A stretch of DNA of 64,000 nt from an uncultured Fibrobacterota bacterium (GCA_963729895.1 CAVSQB010000028.1:64001-128000); one strand, 5' to 3'; shown: positions 38,776 through 48,530, numbered from the stretch's first letter. The notes: a model not told the origin generated them from the sequence alone. Numbers and translations: made by a program.

Positions 38776-40142
38776 AATTCCGCACCTTCCTCAGCATGGG
38801 ACGCCGCAAGGTTTTCAAACCGTGCGTATTGCTTGACAAAGGCAAGCTGCACGGACCCTGTGGGACCGTTGCGCTGCTTGCCGATGATGATTTCCGCAGT
38901 CCCTTGTTTTGAGGGATCGTCTTTGCTGTAGAACTCTTCCCGAAACACGAACATGACCACGTCCGCGTCCTGCTCGATGGCGCCGGATTCCCGCAGGTCG
39001 GACAGCTGCGGCCGGTGATCCCCTCCGCGCTGTTCGGGGGCGCGGGAAAGCTGCGACAGGGCGATAACCGGCACGTCGAGTTCTTTGGCAATGCCCTTGA
39101 GCGAGCGCGAGATCTGCGAGATTTCCTGCTGGCGGTTCTCCATGCGTACCGACGAATCCATAAGCTGGAGATAGTCCACAATGACAAGCGACAGTTTATG
39201 CTGTGCCTTAAGCCGTCGCGCTTTTGCGCGCAGTTCGAGCACGCCGATACCGGGCGTGTCATCGATGAAGAGCGGCGCCTCCGACAAGGGGCCCGCGGCA
39301 AGCGACAACTTGGGAAACTCGCGCTGCGGTAGCTTGCCGCTGCGTAAGGCATGCATGTCGATGCGCGCTTCGCCGCACAGGATGCGTTGGGCAACCTGCG
39401 CCTTCGACATTTCGAGGGAGAAGATGGCCGTGGGATGTTTCGCCACCACGGCCGAGTGCATGGCGACCGACAGACAGAATGCCGTCTTCCCCATGGACGG
39501 CCTCCCCGCAACGATGATGAGGTCTCCCTTTTGCAAACCCGAAGTAAGCTCGTCGAGGTCCTTGAACCCGGTGGGCACGCCTTGCACACCGCCCTTTGAA
39601 TAACTGGCAATGTCTTCGAAGGTGCGTGGAAGGAGCTGCTGGAGCGATTCGAAATTGTTCTTGATACGCGCCTCGGAAATGCCGAAGATTGTTGCCTCCG
39701 CTTTATCAAGAATAACTTGCGCCTCGGCCTCGGACGAGAAACACGTCGTCGCGATTTCGCCGCTGGCCGAAATGAGCTGGCGCAGCGTCGATTTTTCCAG
39801 CAGGATACGCGCGTGATGCTCGATATTCGCCGACGTGGCAACGTTCCCCACGAGTTCCGACAAATACGGTTCGGCGCCGATGGACTCAAAGTGGTCGCGC
39901 TTTTTGAGCTCGTCGGCAAGAGTCAGGATATCGAAGGGGATGCTTTTCTCGAACATGGAGACCATGCACTGGAAGATCCGCTTGTTCTGCGTGGCATAAA
40001 AGCAATCTTCGGAGAGAAGGGTCATGGCCGCCACGGCGGCATTCTGGTCGATAAGCATGGAACCGAGTACCGTGCGTTCAACCTCGAGCGCCTGCGGCGG
40101 GATCTTGTCTGTTGTAAACTGGTCGCTAACGCGTGGCGGCAT
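38772..40142 (-). CDS. dnaB: Replicative DNA helicase DnaB
   Basis: PPQALEVERTVLG, AGRPSMGKT, FSLEM, VDYLQL, ALSQLSR, DLRESGAIEQDAD, KQRNGPTG; no intein. Confidence 0.97.
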   Translation of the reverse strand: MPPRVSDQFTTDKIPPQALEVERTVLGSMLIDQNAAVAAMTLLSEDCFYATQNKRIFQCMVSMFEKSIPFDILTLADELKKRDHFESIGAEPYLSELVGNVATSANIEHHARILLEKSTLRQLISASGEIATTCFSSEAEAQVILDKAEATIFGISEARIKNNFESLQQLLPRTFEDIASYSKGGVQGVPTGFKDLDELTSGLQKGDLIIVAGRPSMGKTAFCLSVAMHSAVVAKHPTAIFSLEMSKAQVAQRILCGEARIDMHALRSGKLPQREFPKLSLAAGPLSEAPLFIDDTPGIGVLELRAKARRLKAQHKLSLVIVDYLQLMDSSVRMENRQQEISQISRSLKGIAKELDVPVIALSQLSRAPEQRGGDHRPQLSDLRESGAIEQDADVVMFVFREEFYSKDDPSKQGTAEIIIGKQRNGPTGSVQLAFVKQYARFENLAASHAEEGAEF

Positions 40143-40986
40143 ATGCTCCCGTTTCCACCAGGAATGTTTTTAGTTTCTGCAGGTCTTCCTGTGCGGGCCT
40201 CTCGTACTCGGGGTTTCGCAGGAGCGACGCAGGGTGATAGGTGACGAACGCGGGCACGCCGTCAATGGTGTGCGACTCTCGCCGAAGGGACGAAATGCCG
40301 GCCGTGGAGGGCAGCAGGGCGTGCGCGGCGACCCTGCCCAAAAGCAGGAACGCCCTGGGCCGCATGATGGCGATTTGCGCGGAGAGAATCCGCGCGCATG
40401 CGGCTATTTCGGAAACTTCCGGGGTCCTGTTTCCCGGCGGCCTGCATTTCAGAATGTTGGTAATGAACACATCCTTCTTTCTGTCAAGACCGATCGCCTC
40501 GAGCAGGGAGGTGAGCCGCCCGCCCGCCGCGCCCACAAACGGCACGCCCTGCGCGTCTTCTTCGGCGCCCGGGGCCTCGCCGACGATCAACAGCGGCGAG
40601 CGCACGTTGCCGCTTCCGAACACGAATTTGCTCCGCGAGGCGTCCAAGGGGCAATCTTTGCAATCCTTTACAGAATGGTACAACGTCACCAGCGCCTCGC
40701 GGGCGGGATTGTTCTGTTCCACCGCAGGCGTGACAGCAACCTTCACAGCTGCTTTCATCAGGCGGGAAACCGGAAGAAGCCCTTGTGGTGCCCCGGGCCG
40801 GGGACCGGCCGCGGTGGGCGTGCCGGGCCGCTGCAAAATCGGGTGAACCGGAGGGGAAACCGCACGTGAGCGGAGTGACGAGAGAACAGCGGGCGCGTGT
40901 GAGCCACGGGGAAGAATAATGTCGGGCAAGCCGAGCTCCCGCTGCTGGCAAAAATATGCGCGGGTCGTGACAAGGCGGTCATTCAT
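40126..40986 (-). CDS. Family-4 uracil-DNA glycosylase
   Basis: CKDCPL, VGEAPGAEED.QG.PFVG, NILKCRPPGNR, TYHPASLLR. Confidence 0.9.
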   Translation of the reverse strand: MNDRLVTTRAYFCQQRELGLPDIILPRGSHAPAVLSSLRSRAVSPPVHPILQRPGTPTAAGPRPGAPQGLLPVSRLMKAAVKVAVTPAVEQNNPAREALVTLYHSVKDCKDCPLDASRSKFVFGSGNVRSPLLIVGEAPGAEEDAQGVPFVGAAGGRLTSLLEAIGLDRKKDVFITNILKCRPPGNRTPEVSEIAACARILSAQIAIMRPRAFLLLGRVAAHALLPSTAGISSLRRESHTIDGVPAFVTYHPASLLRNPEYERPAQEDLQKLKTFLVETGAYAATR

Positions 40987-42175
40987 GCGATTGCCCCGCA
41001 CAGGCGGAAATGCGGTCGAGTATGGTTTCGGCCAATTTCTGCTTGTTCTGCAGGGCAAGGCGCTCGGTCGGTTTGTTCTTGTAAAGAATAGCGGCAGCGG
41101 CGTCATCGCGCTCCATTGCCGATTCCACGGCATTGGCGACCATCATGTCGCAGTTCTTCTTCTTCATCTTTGCCCTGGCGGTTGCTTCATTGCCGCCGGT
41201 ATCAAGGGAAAATCCCACCAGAAACTGGCCTTTCTTCTTTGCGCCCAGGCCTGCGAGAATGTCCGGGTTTGCAACAAGCGAAAGGTTCCACGTCGCCGAT
41301 TCTTCCCGGTGCCTTTTCCCCTTGACAATCGCGGCAGGCCGGAAGTCACTCACCGCCGCGGCCATGATGCAAATATCGCACGCAGGAAACTCTTTTTCGA
41401 GGGCCGCCTTCATGTCGCGCGCGCTGGTCACAAAAACGGCGCGGCATCCCGGGGGCGGCACAACCGGCGCCGGGCCGCTCACCACGCATACCGTAGCGCC
41501 CGCACGCAGGGCGGCGCGCGCAAGCATGGCCCCCATTTTTCCGGACGAGCGATTGGAAATGACCCGCACCGCGTCGATGGCTTCCGCCGTGGGCCCCATG
41601 GAAATGAGCACCTTTCTGCCGGCAAGCGACCGGGGCTGCAGGAAGGAACACACGTGATCGACGATCGTTTCAACCGGAAGCATCCGGCCCGGGCCCTCGT
41701 CGCCGCAGGCAAGTTCGCCTTCGTCAACAGGCAATACCGTTACCCCCCGCGATGCGAGAGCCGCCACGTTGGCCTGCGTTGCCGCGTTGTTCCACATGGC
41801 CGTATTCATGGCAGGAACGACGATGGTGCGGTTTTCAAAGGAGAGCGCGAGGGTGGTCAGCAGGTTGTCGGCTATGCCGTGGGCCAGCTTGGCGATGGTG
41901 TTGGCGGACGCGGGGCACACCAGAAGCGCAGTACCCCACTTCGCAAGCTCGATGTGCGCCATCTCGGGAGAGTCGACCGGGCCGTCGATGTAAACCGGAT
42001 TGCACGAAACAACTCGAAGCGCTTCTTCCCCCACAAGGGAGCGCGCGTTTCCGGTGAGGACGACGGTAACGCCGATGCCGTTCTTTGTAAGAAGCCTCAC
42101 CAGCTCCGGGGCCTTGTAGGCCGCTATGCCGCCCGTTATGCCGAGCACGATGCGTTGAACGGTTTCCATCCGCAC
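40979..42175 (-). CDS. coaBC: Phosphopantothenoylcysteine decarboxylase/synthetase
   Basis: GITGGIAAYK, PASANTIAKLAHGIADNLL, PAMNTAMW, GELACGDEGPGRM, ISNRSSGKMG, AAVSDF. Confidence 0.95.
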   Translation of the reverse strand: MRMETVQRIVLGITGGIAAYKAPELVRLLTKNGIGVTVVLTGNARSLVGEEALRVVSCNPVYIDGPVDSPEMAHIELAKWGTALLVCPASANTIAKLAHGIADNLLTTLALSFENRTIVVPAMNTAMWNNAATQANVAALASRGVTVLPVDEGELACGDEGPGRMLPVETIVDHVCSFLQPRSLAGRKVLISMGPTAEAIDAVRVISNRSSGKMGAMLARAALRAGATVCVVSGPAPVVPPPGCRAVFVTSARDMKAALEKEFPACDICIMAAAVSDFRPAAIVKGKRHREESATWNLSLVANPDILAGLGAKKKGQFLVGFSLDTGGNEATARAKMKKKNCDMMVANAVESAMERDDAAAAILYKNKPTERLALQNKQKLAETILDRISACAGQSHE

Positions 42176-42223
42176 ATCCCCGTTAGTCTGCGCACGAACA
42201 CCAACCGGCGGGCCGGGCAGGTC

Positions 42224-42430
42224 CTATCCTTGAGACTCCGTTTCCTCGTTTTCCACCACGCGGCCTTCAAACAGCCGCTTGAGCGCGGTTGTCGTGGGTT
42301 TGTCTTCGGCCTTGACAATGCCCAACCTCACCTGGTCGTTGATGAAGCGGGCTTCCTGCGCCGCCATGATCACGGCCTTATACCGGTTGATTCCGCGTTT
42401 TTCCAGATCGTCGAGCTGCAGTTCGAGCAT
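42224..42430 (-). CDS. rpoZ: RNA polymerase omega subunit
   Basis: NRYKAVIMAAQEARFIN...KPTTTAL; AGGAGG RBS; position between yicC and coaBC. Confidence 0.85.
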   Translation of the reverse strand: MLELQLDDLEKRGINRYKAVIMAAQEARFINDQVRLGIVKAEDKPTTTALKRLFEGRVVENEETESQG

Positions 42431-42449
42431 GAACCCTCCTTGCGCAGTG

Positions 42450-43325
42450 TTACTCTATGTTCTGTATTTGTTCCCGTATTTTCTCGATGTTTTCCTTGAG
42501 TGTTACCGACAAATGCGAAACAAGGGTGTCGTTCGCCTTGGAGCCGATGGTATTCGCCTCCCGGTTCATTTCCTGGAGAAGGAAGTTCATCCGCTTTCCC
42601 ACCGGTTCGCTGCTGTCGAAATCCTTCACAAAGGCGTTTATGTGGGCGCGCAGCCGGGTGCATTCCTCCGAGATGTCCATTTTGTCGGCCATCATGGCCA
42701 CTTCCATGGCCAGCCGCGCCTCGTCGGGAGGGTTCTTAAGCAGTTTCTCGATGCGCTCCGCCAGGGTCTTGGAATACTCCTCGATGCGCTTCGGCGCCCT
42801 CGCTTCCACGTCTTTAAGAAGGCGGGAAACCGAGTCGAGAATCTTCTTTAAGTCGCCGATGATGTGATCCCCCTCGGCAATGCGGGAACGCTGGAACACA
42901 TCGAGCGCCTTTGTCAGGACAGGGGAGAAATGCTTCCACAGGGTCTTTTCGTCGCATTGCGCGGAGTCGGTCTTGAAAAAATCCGTGAAATGAAGCAGGT
43001 CCGACAGTGTGACGTCGCCGCCGAGCTTGTGTTGTTTCTTTATTTCCCGGAAAATGGATACGTAGTTTCGCACCAAGGTCTTGTCCCAACCAAGGCTGCC
43101 ATCTTCGTTTTCCTTGTCGCACCCGATATACACCGACACGCTGCCGCGCGGAATCGTCTCGGAAATAGCGCTGCGTATCTTCTGTTCGAGGTTGGAAAAC
43201 GACTTGGGCTGGCGCAGTTGCACATCCAGGAAGCGATTGTTTACCGCGCGGATTTCCACGCGATAGGTCCCTGACGGCGTGCGTACCTCGGCAAGGCCGA
43301 ACCCCGTCATGCTTTTTATGGGCAT
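42450..43325 (-). CDS. yicC: YicC/YloC-family endoribonuclease
   Basis: IKSMTGFG, EIRAVNNRFLD, DISEECTRL, GKRMNFLLQEMNREANTIGSK, EKIREQIQNIE. Confidence 0.95.
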   Translation of the reverse strand: MPIKSMTGFGLAEVRTPSGTYRVEIRAVNNRFLDVQLRQPKSFSNLEQKIRSAISETIPRGSVSVYIGCDKENEDGSLGWDKTLVRNYVSIFREIKKQHKLGGDVTLSDLLHFTDFFKTDSAQCDEKTLWKHFSPVLTKALDVFQRSRIAEGDHIIGDLKKILDSVSRLLKDVEARAPKRIEEYSKTLAERIEKLLKNPPDEARLAMEVAMMADKMDISEECTRLRAHINAFVKDFDSSEPVGKRMNFLLQEMNREANTIGSKANDTLVSHLSVTLKENIEKIREQIQNIE

Positions 43326-43783
43326 ACCAATCCCTTGCCACGTGCTGGTGGACTAAAGTGAGGCCGGGTTGTCGTTCAAGCGGAAAAACTTACTAAATAT
43401 ATATGAATCCCGAGATTCAAGGCCACTTTAGTGTTGTATGATGGAATGAGGAGAAGATCAGGATACAAGAATTCAAGATAAAGGTATGGAAAGGGCTCCG
43501 CCCTTTAGATCCCGCAAGGAAAATGCTTTTTATGGCTCCCCACCAAACCTCCCCCGCCGGGGAGGCTTTCAACTGAAGAATGTCGTCAGGATGCTGTTGA
43601 TTGTTTTTGCAAATGGGTTTTTACATTGGCCTATTTCTTCGGCTGAAATGGTGGCAACGGTCCTCTTCCCGGCGACGGCCCTAACACAAGAAACAAAAAC
43701 GCAAAGGTATTTTAGGTTTTCTCCTCAGTGGCGCAGCTAAGGCTGGAAGACCAGGAGCCTGTAATTGGTCTGGGACTTTGTTC

Positions 43784-43910
43784 AACCGGGTGCCGCTACG
43801 GTGCGCGCAACAGAAGGTTCGGGCTTGCAGCAGGTACTCCCACGCCGCACCGGCTCAGCAATCCAGAATCATAGTACTTGGCAATCGCCGCACTCGCTCG
43901 GCGATCCAGA
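43784..43910 (+). repeat. Composite repeat element, copy A (59-bp head plus 43-bp-period units)
   Basis: Head AACCGGGTGCCGCTACGGTGCGCGCAAC...; units start at 43843 and 43886; homologous to 46788-47016. Confidence 0.85.
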
Positions 43911-44038
43911 TGAATTAATCAATAAAAAGCGATATTAACCGAAAACTGTCACCCCCGAAATACTATTTTTTTCGCTCTGCACAGGATGAGATAGCCGTGC
44001 CGGCAAACAGGCGTACTCTTTACCAAAAAGGAAGAACC

Positions 44039-46543
44039 GTGAACATTTCGTACTCCCCGGAGGTGCGCCGGGAACTTGAACAGGCGTACCGCAGGTTGGA
44101 CCTCTTTCGGCCTGCGCCCGCTTTGCGCTATGACGAAGGGGCGCTACTGACCTACGACATGGAGCCTGTTGCCGTCCACGGCGCCGAGAAAAAATGCCGT
44201 GCTGGTGTTAGGGTGGAGCGTTTTGTGGGCGGCGGTTTTGCGGGACAGGTTTACAAGGTGCGCGTCGAGAGCCTGGGACCGCAGGGACTGCCCGGCGTGG
44301 CCGTGGGCGGCCTGTACGCTTTGAAGATTCTCATACCGCCCTCGACATTCTCAAAGTGGTTTCGCGATGCGCTTTACGCGATTGGCTTCCAGGGCTCCTT
44401 TCAGCTCCAATGCAATCCGGCCGCCGCCCGAAGCGGCGCACTGTGGCAGAAGCTCATCCGCCGGGCGGCCCGAGTAAAATTCGGCGACGAATCATTGGTG
44501 AACGACGTCCACGGGACCTTTGTCGACACAACGCTCGGCAGCATGGGAGAGATGAGCGACTGGATCGCCGGCCGCACGTGGCGGCTTGAGATTGACGAAC
44601 GCATGGATCTCCTGGGCCGGTGGATGCGGGGCAAAAGGGTTGACGAAGCGAAACTCGGATCGCCGGAGTACCGGGCGAAAAAGCGGTTCATGGCCGGTTT
44701 CGTTTCCCTGTTGCACGACATCGGCGCGCATGAATTTGCGCGGCAGTACGAGTGGAGCACGTGGAAGAGCCAGCCCAACTGCCTCAAGCGCCTCGAAACC
44801 GAGCAATCGCCGGCCAGCGGGCTTGTTGCGGTCGATTTCAGGTCGGGCCTCGTGCTGTTGCCCTTTTTGCCGATGAGCCCCGGCGACGTAGTGCTGATTT
44901 TTAAAGGCCTTGCCCGCGGAAGCATTGTCCAGTTCGACCGCGGCGATGTGAAGAAGCTTGAAGCGTTCGTGGGATCGCACCAGGAACAGTTCAGGGACAT
45001 GGACGGCATGCTTGACGAACTCAAGGCCATGGAGGCGATCTACCGCGACTCGACTTTGGATATCACGCACAACCACCTCCGCGTTCTTTTCAGTCCCCGC
45101 CTCCGGAAAACAATGCAAGACAGCGCACTCACCGGGTGGAGCATCCGGGGCGTGGTTGACGCCGCAGGCGAACAGGCCCTTCGGACGAATACCCTCAAAA
45201 CCGTGGTCTTCTCCTGTGCCGGGTGTGTTCCGGTAGCGGGGAAAATTGTTCGCCGCCTGTGGGCACATGCGGGGTGGCGCCGCCATTACTGGCAGCTGGC
45301 GACAAGCGGGAAATACCTCGGCAGGGCGGTCAGGGGAAAAGTGATTGAAATGGCGGTCACATGGCACAGGGCCGGCCGTATTGACGAGAGAGAAACCAGG
45401 GCCATCGCGTCGTCCCTCGGCCGTTTTGCCCTCCACCTCTGCCTATCGCTGCTGCCCACCGGCATCCACACTTTCCTGACCAATTGGGAATTCGCCAGGG
45501 ACCGTATCGACTACATCTTCATCCGCCCGTTTCGGCTTTTCTTCAACAGCACCGCGCGGGAGAGATGGCTTCTCGACATGGTACGCGAAGGTCGCGAGAA
45601 GCGGCTGATCAGCGAAGGCGATGCCGGGACAATCGCTTCACAGGTGCATGAACCCTACATCCAGAAGTATCTCAAGAGTCTTGCGGTCCACGTCTGTCTG
45701 ATGCCGACCACTCATGTCGTGGCGATCGCGCTTGCCATCTGGTACGTCGTCACGCACCCCGGCATGCCTCGTGCGCAGGCCTGGACGGTCGGCGCGGGCA
45801 TCGTCGCACTTTTTCAGGTGATCCCCATTTCCCCCGGATCGATCGCGCGGGGCATGTACGTGCTGTATCTTGTCATCAGGGAGCGCACCGTCAAGGACTA
45901 TAACATCGCGCTCGTGCTGGCCTTCTTCAAATATATCGGGTACCTGGCTTTTCCCATTCAGATGACCTATCGCTATCCGGTTCTTGCCCGTTTTATGGCC
46001 TTGCATTGGGCCACGGGTGCGGTGCACATCGTGCCCGTATTCGGCGAGTCCGGAGCGCTTCTGGAACATTCGGTATTCGGTTTTTTCTACAACTGGCCAT
46101 TGACAATTCGAAGTCGATTGGTCCGCCGCCAGCAGCGCCGCGCTTCGCTGCCTGCCCGCAGCTGGCATATCGACGCCTGGGCGATCGTTGGCGCGGCGGC
46201 GATGGGCGCAGCCGAGTACTTTGTTAAGAACAGGTTCCACGCTCTGCCCACGCTCAAGGACATGGCATTGCCCATGGTGGTTGTGCCGTTCTTCCTGGGC
46301 GCGGCCGTCACGCTGGGGTGCGGCGGCGCTTCGCTTCAGAAACGCATTGTGTCAACGGCGATTGCAGGCGTACTCATGGGAATTCTCGCGACGGGGGCCT
46401 CCGTCTGCCTGGGCACGGTGCAGACAGGGGCCATGCACCTGCTTACCGGTTTTATGTGGCGCGTATTCCTTTTTACCCTCTTTGCCGCAATCGGCGCTAT
46501 GTTGACAGAGGTGTTTTTTCCGGACCGTGATGGCGCGCTCTGA
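44039..46543 (+). CDS. Large membrane protein with N-terminal protein-kinase-like motifs
   Basis: ERFVGGGFAGQVYKV (Gly-rich loop), YALKIL, KSQPN, VAVDF; many C-terminal TM helices; GTG start after AAAGGAAG (alternative start 43997). Confidence 0.75.
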   Translation: MNISYSPEVRRELEQAYRRLDLFRPAPALRYDEGALLTYDMEPVAVHGAEKKCRAGVRVERFVGGGFAGQVYKVRVESLGPQGLPGVAVGGLYALKILIPPSTFSKWFRDALYAIGFQGSFQLQCNPAAARSGALWQKLIRRAARVKFGDESLVNDVHGTFVDTTLGSMGEMSDWIAGRTWRLEIDERMDLLGRWMRGKRVDEAKLGSPEYRAKKRFMAGFVSLLHDIGAHEFARQYEWSTWKSQPNCLKRLETEQSPASGLVAVDFRSGLVLLPFLPMSPGDVVLIFKGLARGSIVQFDRGDVKKLEAFVGSHQEQFRDMDGMLDELKAMEAIYRDSTLDITHNHLRVLFSPRLRKTMQDSALTGWSIRGVVDAAGEQALRTNTLKTVVFSCAGCVPVAGKIVRRLWAHAGWRRHYWQLATSGKYLGRAVRGKVIEMAVTWHRAGRIDERETRAIASSLGRFALHLCLSLLPTGIHTFLTNWEFARDRIDYIFIRPFRLFFNSTARERWLLDMVREGREKRLISEGDAGTIASQVHEPYIQKYLKSLAVHVCLMPTTHVVAIALAIWYVVTHPGMPRAQAWTVGAGIVALFQVIPISPGSIARGMYVLYLVIRERTVKDYNIALVLAFFKYIGYLAFPIQMTYRYPVLARFMALHWATGAVHIVPVFGESGALLEHSVFGFFYNWPLTIRSRLVRRQQRRASLPARSWHIDAWAIVGAAAMGAAEYFVKNRFHALPTLKDMALPMVVVPFFLGAAVTLGCGGASLQKRIVSTAIAGVLMGILATGASVCLGTVQTGAMHLLTGFMWRVFLFTLFAAIGAMLTEVFFPDRDGAL

Positions 46544-46605
46544 GCCAAGCAGGATTAATACATAAATCTTTCCGGACGGCTGAGCCGGGAGAATTTAATG
46601 CAAAA

Positions 46606-46710
46606 ATGCGTCTGGATAGTTGCGCCGGGTGCGCCCAAAGTGGAAGCAGTTGCGAGAATCCAATCTTCTGCTGTGGGGCTCCCATGAAGTGCAGTTGTGA
46701 AGGCCAATGA
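46606..46710 (+). CDS. Possible 34-aa Cys-rich peptide or remnant
   Basis: MRLDSCAGCAQSGSSCENPIFCCGAPMKCSCEGQ; 7 Cys; CCGxPM motif as in the 25088 protein. Confidence 0.35.
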   Translation: MRLDSCAGCAQSGSSCENPIFCCGAPMKCSCEGQ

Positions 46711-46787
46711 AGCGATCCGATGTTGACGAGTTGAGAAGTTGAAGAGTACAATCGATGGCTGCGGTTGTGTGCTGTTGAGTATTTGTT

Positions 46788-47016
46788 AACCGGGTGCCAC
46801 TACGGTGCGCGCAACTAAAGGATCGGGCTTGCAGCGGGTACATCCACGCTGCACCGGCTCGGCAATCCATAGGCACATTCGGCGAGGCACCGAATCTTCT
46901 ATCTTGATATTCGCCGCACACGCTCAGCAACCCAGAATCATATCACTTAGTAATCGCTGCACCGGCTTGGCAAACCGGAATCATAGTACTTAGCAATCGT
47001 CGCACCGATTCGGTAA
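46788..47016 (+). repeat. Composite repeat element, copy B
   Basis: Same head as copy A; units start at 46847, 46912, 46955 and 46998 (spacing 65, 43, 43). Confidence 0.85.
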
Positions 47017-47063
47017 ATATGTTCCGACAAGCCCCCCGGCACCAGGACCGGCGCATTGTTTAA

Positions 47064-48530
47064 TTGGGTGCCTATGCTTCCGTCTCAGAAACCGGCGTTC
47101 TCACCTCCCAATCCATTTCCACGGAGGCCTACGGCACTCCCTTGTTTTCCGACAAAGACGGGTACAACGAATACGATCTCACCGGCTCGCCGCTCGGCAT
47201 TTTCGAGAAGGAGACCTGCTCCGTCCGCCTGGATCTCAGTTTTAGGACGTTCTCCCTTGCAAACGCGAATTCCGCCGACAGCTTCAGCGAATCGGCAGAC
47301 GTTCCCGTCCTCCCCGGCCTGCTTGTGGGGAAACGTGACATCATCTATCTCATGCTCGACTACGAGCCTTCGTGGATATCGCAGAAGTCATTGGACACGA
47401 CCCTGGCCCTGTCGCCCCTGCACCGGTTCGGGCTCGCGGTGGCGGCTCAAATGCCGTCAAAGTACCTGCGGTTCGGGATTGTGGGGAAAGGATATGTCGG
47501 GACGCTTACCACGTCGGTGAGCGGGAACACACGCACGGTGATGGGGCTCACGGCCCTTTCCGCGTATCTCGGAAGTCAAGTACACCCGTTCGTGCGGATC
47601 GGGATTCACGGCGGCGCAACGGGCAACCTCGACTCCCTTTCCGACCGGACGAACCTGACCCAGGACAGGTTTTTCTACGGCGCCATTCCCTCGTACGGCG
47701 GCGACATCGACGTGGGCAAAGACGGCCTGCCCGTGCACAGCACTTTCAACATCGACATTGCCTCGAACAACTTTGTGTATGTCACCAAGGGACTGGCACC
47801 TCAGAAACCGGACGGCAACGAGGACGCGCTCGTGGCCGACAGTCTTGCTTGGCAGTGGCATTCAATGGGGAAAATCGGGTACGCGGGGTTCGAGTATCAC
47901 CCTGCGTTTTCCATGGAATACTGGCGCACCGGCATCCAGGACTATGCTCCGGGCGGCAGGAATTATCCGCTCCAGTACGGACCCGCCCGCGGCGACACCA
48001 ACTGGACGTTTTCCTCGTTTTCGCTTGGAGTCGGCGCGTCTTCACTTCTGCAAATGTACGGCAAGGCATGGTTCGAATACGCGCATGAATTCTTCTGGGC
48101 GTCCTACGGCGCGGGAGTGAATGGCCAGGACCAGAGCCGCGGCTACGACCGAATCGGGTGCGGCCTGGAAGGCAACGTGAACGCTATCCCGGGGCTTCAC
48201 ATGCCCGCGTCCATCGAGGTGTTCCTCCGGCTCGGCTACCTTAACACGAGGGAAAATGCCCGGTTCGGCGGGTACGACGCTCAGGAGTTTCAGCAGGTGA
48301 GCCCCGTGGTTGCGCGTTCGGAGTTTGCCGGCGGCAACGGGCCTTACAGCCTCGCCTTCGGGCAGGACGAGCGCGTGAGCAGATTCTCCTTGGGCGCGGG
48401 CGGGACGTTCTTCAATAGGATGCTCGGCGTGGATTTCATGCTTGCGTTTCTGTCAAGATCGGCGGACACCAGGGAGAGCGGGGTGGAGTTCGGGGTGGGC
48501 GCGGAGTATGAGATCAGGGCGGGGAAATAG
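47064..48530 (+). CDS. Probable outer-membrane beta-barrel protein, N-terminus apparently damaged
   Basis: 488-aa open frame rich in aromatic beta-strands, ending VEFGVGAEYEIRAGK; in-frame TAA immediately before the TTG start. Confidence 0.65.
   Translation: MGAYASVSETGVLTSQSISTEAYGTPLFSDKDGYNEYDLTGSPLGIFEKETCSVRLDLSFRTFSLANANSADSFSESADVPVLPGLLVGKRDIIYLMLDYEPSWISQKSLDTTLALSPLHRFGLAVAAQMPSKYLRFGIVGKGYVGTLTTSVSGNTRTVMGLTALSAYLGSQVHPFVRIGIHGGATGNLDSLSDRTNLTQDRFFYGAIPSYGGDIDVGKDGLPVHSTFNIDIASNNFVYVTKGLAPQKPDGNEDALVADSLAWQWHSMGKIGYAGFEYHPAFSMEYWRTGIQDYAPGGRNYPLQYGPARGDTNWTFSSFSLGVGASSLLQMYGKAWFEYAHEFFWASYGAGVNGQDQSRGYDRIGCGLEGNVNAIPGLHMPASIEVFLRLGYLNTRENARFGGYDAQEFQQVSPVVARSEFAGGNGPYSLAFGQDERVSRFSLGAGGTFFNRMLGVDFMLAFLSRSADTRESGVEFGVGAEYEIRAGK

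Noticed and set aside
38772..40142. Intein in DnaB
   Set aside because: Normal length and contiguous helicase motifs.
35646..42499. Long plus-strand ORFs (430, 498 and 526 aa) and the 512-aa alternate minus frame
   Set aside because: Shadow frames of GC-rich housekeeping genes with no recognisable motifs.
43486..43740. 84-aa ORF and CCTCCCC/GGGGAGG hairpin at about 43548-43565
   Set aside because: The ORF has no protein-like features; the hairpin is a single copy in this window with no supportable function.
43843..47016. 43-bp periodic units as a CRISPR array
   Set aside because: Linkers are near-identical rather than unique spacers, the repeats are degenerate, and there are no cas genes in the window.
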